Positions 59,211 through 64,000 of a DNA stretch of 64,000 nucleotides are shown here, piece after piece. Every line of letters starts with the position of its first letter. Position 1 is the first letter of the stretch. The position numbers and the translations under genes were made by a program. A model generated the notes under the pieces. That model was not told where the DNA came from. It did no database searches and worked only from the letters and a program-made list of their open reading frames with translations. Source of the DNA: Candidatus Kapaibacterium sp. (GTDB lineage: Bacteria; Bacteroidota; Ignavibacteria; Kapaibacteriales; UBA2268); NCBI GenBank assembly GCA_963665665.1, contig OY762428.1, positions 416,001-480,000 on the forward strand, in the 5' to 3' direction.

Positions 59211-62200
59211 ATGTTCCAAAAACTACCTTTACGGGGCCTGATTTTATCGGCCATGGTGGGTGTGCTATTGATGTTTGGTACTCAAAGATCACAGGCACAG
59301 TTGCCAGACTACTGTATTCCGTTCGGGTTTGCCACATACAGTTACTGCTACTCGTATTATGGCTATATAACCTGGACGAAAATCCAATCACAGGACGGCG
59401 AGACTCTGCTCGACCAGACATCAGGTGACGACGGATGTTACAAGTTCTGGGAAGATATCACCTTCCAATTGGTTCCGGGCGTTACATACACTTTAACTGT
59501 TAAAACCCAGGGCTATTACTATGCCAGGGCCAGACTGTTTATTGACTGGAACCGCGATGGTAACTTCATTGATATACCTACGCAGAAAGAATTCTATGGT
59601 TATTCGGATGTATATTATTATAATAATAGTAATTGGACACCATATAATAATTATAATGGCGGAATAACTTATTCATTCGAATTCACGGTTCCCGATGACG
59701 CTTCCGAGACATATCGTATGAGGCTTATGAATGCCTATTACGTTTATTATTACTACTACAATTATCCGGATTACTGGTATGAGTATCAGTATTCAAATGC
59801 CTGCCTGAATGGTTACTGGTATGATTACATGGACTACTATGGCTATGATTATAACTATGGCTATGGCGAATGTAATGATTACAACTTCCAGGTATTCGGC
59901 GGTGTTAAAGATACATACCCGGGTAATGACGACATTCTCTTCGCCAATGAAGAATATGACGGCACAACCCGCCTGAAAAACGGCGAGATGACCGAATTCC
60001 CCAAACCTGCAATAATTTTCCCGGCTGAACCTGAAAACGGCGCTCTCGTGCAGTACTATATCTATGGCCCGGCACCTTCAACGAATGTTGTTTATGAAGG
60101 TTTGGCAGAATACCCCTCAAACTCAATAAATATTGATGTTGCTGATGCTGATTACAACACATATACCATTCAGCATTCAAGAGGTTTGTACTCATATCCT
60201 GAGACTCCTTATGGCGATGGTTCTTTTAAAGCAACGCGCGGCGGTACATACAAAGTATATGCCTACCAGCTTGAATCGCCTAAAGCAAAAATTAACACAT
60301 TTACAGTATCCTGGAACAATGATCTTTCAGTTTCAAGGATCGTTTCCCCAAGGAAAAATGTGGAACCGGACTTCTTCAAATATGTTCAGGGCCAGTCTAT
60401 CAGGGTAATCGGCCTGTACAGGAACGTTGGTATCAGCGATGTTACAGAATTTGAAGGAACAGCACGTATCTGGGATCCAAATGGAGAGCTTGTATATGAA
60501 GATACAAAAACTTATGAAGCTCCCCCGAGAGAAGTTCTCAGTACAGCAGATGCTGTTGAGCTTGAATTCGACAATGCAAGGTTCACGCAGACAGGTATTT
60601 ATACCATTGAAATGGAATGCGACCTGATAGACACAAGTGATGATGACTTTGATGGTGATCAGGACGATTACAATGATATAGTACCACGTTCTGACCTACC
60701 AGCTTATACATTCGAAATTTCATACGAAATCCAGCTTACAGCTGATATGATACTTCTTCCCCACGAAGATACTGAAGTACTCGTTAATCGTCCGTTCGTA
60801 CCGATGGCACAGTTCAAAAACTCAGGTATCGGCGATGCTTCAGACGTACCTGCAACTATGGTGGTGTATAACGAAGACGATCAGGTTGTTTACGAAAGTA
60901 ATATTATTATCCAGGATATTCCTTCCGGTAAATATAATACCAAGGTTGAGAGATTCGAACACATGACAATTTCCGAACCAGGAAATTACAGGGTATGTGT
61001 ATGGCTTACTGATCCTAATGACCCGCTGCGTGAAGACGATACTGTTTGCACAACATTCACAGTTGATGCAGGTATGCAGGGTACCTTCACGGTTGGTACC
61101 AGGTTTGAAGGCCAGACACGAAACTATACAACAATTGGCGATGTAATGGATGACCTTTATCTTAAAGGTATTACCGGTCCAATAACATTCGAATTGACTG
61201 ACAGCTATTATGAACTAGAAGAAAATTCATCTGAATTCGGTGCATGGGAATTCACATCAAGGATCATCGGACTTGGTTATGACCTTGAAACAGAAGATCC
61301 CAATACAATTACCTGGAAACCCCACAGGGACAGGGCAAACGTTAAAGGCGGAGTACATATTGTACTTAATTCAAACAGCGGACGCGGCGTAACATTCGGG
61401 CAGTCACACTACCCGCAGAATGACAATGCTATCGCCAAACGCTTCCCGACAAAAGCTAATGTTAATGCTCCGGGTTATATCGTATTTGACGGCGGCAGAC
61501 AAAAAGCTTTGAAATTTACTATTAACAGTAATTCAGAACATGCTTCAGGATTCTATCTTGGCCGCGGCTCAAGCAATATAACTGTTAAAAACTGTATTAT
61601 TGAAAACGGCAGGGATAATCTTAAAACACAGACAAGAATACCACTTGTAACATTTGATCCTTCACGCGGCTTTGGTTTCGAACCTGACGTATTCGAATCA
61701 AGCGGTGTTAGAACAAGCTTCTCGGCAGGTATCGCTTCAAGAAGCAGCCTGCTTAAAGTTGAAGAAAGTATGTTCATTGCTCTCGATACTCTTCCCAACA
61801 TGAACAACGTAATTGAAGGCAACGAGATCAGCGGCTTCGGTTATGGCATCATGTCGCTTGGTATCGGCGCTCTCTACATGCAGAACGAGAACTACTACCA
61901 GCGCTTCTATAATGAAGACAACACATACAGCAATAATACAATAACAGACTGTTACCGTGCAGGTATCCTTCTCGGCTTTGAAGAAGACAGTAAAGTAGAA
62001 GGCAACAGGATATATGACATGGGCGGTGCATCCAATGCGGCAGGCATCCTTCTTGGCGGAAACAGCCGTGATGACATTGACGGATATAACAACGTTGACA
62101 TCATGGTAAGCGGCAACGAGATCAGCGGTATTGAAGCCCGCGACTTTGCCTTCGGTATCAGCAACGAGCAGGTAAGGATAACATTCCAGAACCCGGGCGG

Positions 62201-64000
62201 CGGAGTTGTTTACTTCCCGAACAAGATGGAAGACATCGTTATCAGCAATAACGTTGTTCGCGGCATCACAGGAAATGCAAATACAAATATCTGCGGAATC
62301 GCCTCCTTCACAAGGCGCTATGATGATGCCAGGGAAAACTGGGAATTCATCTCCACACCGTTTGAAGAAGACTACTTCACAAGAGGCGATATCATTGCCA
62401 ACAACACAGTAGTAATGACAGATGAAGAAGATATTGAAAATGCAGGCGCAGTTGCAGCTATCGGCATTCAGAATGCATACGGTGCAACATTCAAGAATAA
62501 CGCCATCCTCTTCGAAGACGAAAGCTTCGACGCAGGCAGCCCCATGGCAGCAGGCTTATTCTACCAGGGCCCGAAAACAGGCAGCGAAGGCGGCCTTATG
62601 AGTGACAGGAATGCCTACTTCACTGGCAATGCCACACTCTTCCGCTTTATCGAAACAGATGCAGAAGGCAACCTTCTGGAACCAGGCACAAGGAATGAAT
62701 TCCAGACACTGGGCCAGTGGCAGCTCTGGACAGGCGCAGACCTGAACTCAATAAATGCTGACTTCACATCAGACATGGACTACCAGGGTAATTATCCTTA
62801 TAAACTAAGAATAGACGACGTACCCGAACTTCCACTTGGTTCAGTCCTTAACAACAGGGGTGAAAACCTTGACGAAGTAACAGAAGATATAGACGGCAAC
62901 CCGAGAGGCGCCGCCGGCCAGCGCTGCGATATTGGCGCATTTGAATTTGCAGGCCGTATGTTCGTATCCGACGTTGAAATGCAGAATATCCCTGTTCCTG
63001 GTAACTACAAAGCAGGCGACGGCAGCTTCAACGATGCAGAATATATAATGACAGACGCACCTGTTGAAATAACAGCCAACATCAGAAATAATGGTTCACT
63101 CCAGCAGTCAGACATTAACGTTTACGTTAAAGTCTTCAGGCAGGAGCCGGACGGCACTTATGACGAAGATGCTCCTGTAGTTGACAAAACAGTAAAAACA
63201 TCTATCCCGACAACAGAAAGCCGCATGGTATCATTCGGCCTTGCAGACGGTGATAATGACGATTTTGCTCCGGCTACATACCTTGACCTTGATACATTGA
63301 ACTATACAGTGCCTTATCTCTTCACAGAGATGAAAGCCAACGTAACACCTGTATACAAGATCGAAGTAAGCGTCGAAAGCGATCAGGAAAATGATAATAA
63401 CATAATCGAAAAAGAAGTAAGGTTCTACATAAGGAAATCTCCTCTGAAACTTCTCGTTTCATCAGAGAACTCCATGCGCGACCTTTATGCAGCAAATATG
63501 TACACACCGGGACTTCCCACAGCCAACGAAATAGCAGGACGTTTGAACCGCGACAGCCTTGACCAGGCACTGCGCCGCCTTGGCTGGTACACAGACCTTG
63601 AAGAAGAACGCTTTGACGTAGACCTCTTTGACAGGACAGCATGGGAAGAAAGAGCCGTAAACTATACAATCTACCGCTCAATCTTCTGGACTGACGGCGA
63701 TGACAGCAACGGCGATGACAAAGGTATCACACGCTACCAGCGCCAGGATATCCGCGACTTCCTGAACGAAGGCGTGCCGGGCGACAAACGCAACCTCGTG
63801 GTAAGTTCACAGGAACTTGTACGCGAACTCAGCTCAGCCGGAACAGTAAACAACAGCGATCCTGAATTCGTGGAAGAGATACTCAGGGCCGAGAATGTAT
63901 ATCCTTACAATCCTCTTGGCATGAATGTCAGCAATAACGGCAACAGCGTAACAGGAGAAGCCGTGGGCCAGGGCCTTACGGAATATATCTCTGCATCAAG
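59211..64000 (+). CDS. Giant secreted surface protein, partial (GEVED-like, Ig/CARDB-like, beta-helix, choice-of-anchor-Q-like)
   Basis: GGAG RBS, then MFQKLPLRGLILSAMVGVLLMFGTQRSQAQ signal peptide. Contains IDWNRDGNF, RMR..GECNDY and DIDGNPRGAAGQRCDIGAFEF. The frame was open at every point checked to the window end; it is missing from the ORF track, presumably for lack of a stop codon. Confidence 0.88.
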   Translation, partial: MFQKLPLRGLILSAMVGVLLMFGTQRSQAQLPDYCIPFGFATYSYCYSYYGYITWTKIQSQDGETLLDQTSGDDGCYKFWEDITFQLVPGVTYTLTVKTQGYYYARARLFIDWNRDGNFIDIPTQKEFYGYSDVYYYNNSNWTPYNNYNGGITYSFEFTVPDDASETYRMRLMNAYYVYYYYYNYPDYWYEYQYSNACLNGYWYDYMDYYGYDYNYGYGECNDYNFQVFGGVKDTYPGNDDILFANEEYDGTTRLKNGEMTEFPKPAIIFPAEPENGALVQYYIYGPAPSTNVVYEGLAEYPSNSINIDVADADYNTYTIQHSRGLYSYPETPYGDGSFKATRGGTYKVYAYQLESPKAKINTFTVSWNNDLSVSRIVSPRKNVEPDFFKYVQGQSIRVIGLYRNVGISDVTEFEGTARIWDPNGELVYEDTKTYEAPPREVLSTADAVELEFDNARFTQTGIYTIEMECDLIDTSDDDFDGDQDDYNDIVPRSDLPAYTFEISYEIQLTADMILLPHEDTEVLVNRPFVPMAQFKNSGIGDASDVPATMVVYNEDDQVVYESNIIIQDIPSGKYNTKVERFEHMTISEPGNYRVCVWLTDPNDPLREDDTVCTTFTVDAGMQGTFTVGTRFEGQTRNYTTIGDVMDDLYLKGITGPITFELTDSYYELEENSSEFGAWEFTSRIIGLGYDLETEDPNTITWKPHRDRANVKGGVHIVLNSNSGRGVTFGQSHYPQNDNAIAKRFPTKANVNAPGYIVFDGGRQKALKFTINSNSEHASGFYLGRGSSNITVKNCIIENGRDNLKTQTRIPLVTFDPSRGFGFEPDVFESSGVRTSFSAGIASRSSLLKVEESMFIALDTLPNMNNVIEGNEISGFGYGIMSLGIGALYMQNENYYQRFYNEDNTYSNNTITDCYRAGILLGFEEDSKVEGNRIYDMGGASNAAGILLGGNSRDDIDGYNNVDIMVSGNEISGIEARDFAFGISNEQVRITFQNPGGGVVYFPNKMEDIVISNNVVRGITGNANTNICGIASFTRRYDDARENWEFISTPFEEDYFTRGDIIANNTVVMTDEEDIENAGAVAAIGIQNAYGATFKNNAILFEDESFDAGSPMAAGLFYQGPKTGSEGGLMSDRNAYFTGNATLFRFIETDAEGNLLEPGTRNEFQTLGQWQLWTGADLNSINADFTSDMDYQGNYPYKLRIDDVPELPLGSVLNNRGENLDEVTEDIDGNPRGAAGQRCDIGAFEFAGRMFVSDVEMQNIPVPGNYKAGDGSFNDAEYIMTDAPVEITANIRNNGSLQQSDINVYVKVFRQEPDGTYDEDAPVVDKTVKTSIPTTESRMVSFGLADGDNDDFAPATYLDLDTLNYTVPYLFTEMKANVTPVYKIEVSVESDQENDNNIIEKEVRFYIRKSPLKLLVSSENSMRDLYAANMYTPGLPTANEIAGRLNRDSLDQALRRLGWYTDLEEERFDVDLFDRTAWEERAVNYTIYRSIFWTDGDDSNGDDKGITRYQRQDIRDFLNEGVPGDKRNLVVSSQELVRELSSAGTVNNSDPEFVEEILRAENVYPYNPLGMNVSNNGNSVTGEAVGQGLTEYISAS

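Noticed and set aside
59209-63681. Short ORFs listed in the track beyond 59.2 kb
   Set aside because: They are shadow frames of the giant plus-strand ORF starting at 59211.

Overview
AT-rich bacterial chromosomal window. It most likely comes from the Bacteroidota/Chlorobiota (FCB) lineage, possibly Kapabacteria/Ignavibacteria-like. This is an inference from several T9SS-type C-terminal sorting domains and TAnnTTTG promoter boxes. Housekeeping genes are dnaE, nadA/nadC, cca, tRNA-Leu(CAG), ruvX, ispF, gap, two pgk homologs and trxB. They are interspersed with large secreted proteins. The most notable accessory content is: (1) a 13.6-kb SiaB/SiaC partner-switching locus fed by a recombining tandem array of four TPR-TM-PP2C receptors plus a related TPR histidine kinase, ending in a SiaD-like N-terminus fused to a PP2C rather than a GGDEF domain; (2) an RNase II-family RNB domain fused to up to three dsRNA-binding motifs, preceded by overlapping palindromes, next to the tRNA; (3) a duplicated, patch-diversified cassette of a 14-Cys secreted protein plus a BNR beta-propeller T9SS cargo, flanked by REP-like palindromes; (4) a 14 x 21-bp tandem repeat that may encode a basic heptad protein; (5) a giant ORF of about 1,600 codons or more, absent from the ORF track, starting at 59211 and carrying an extremely Tyr-rich GEVED-like domain. 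No CRISPR array, transposase or integrase was seen. All family assignments come from motif recognition by eye, not from database searches.
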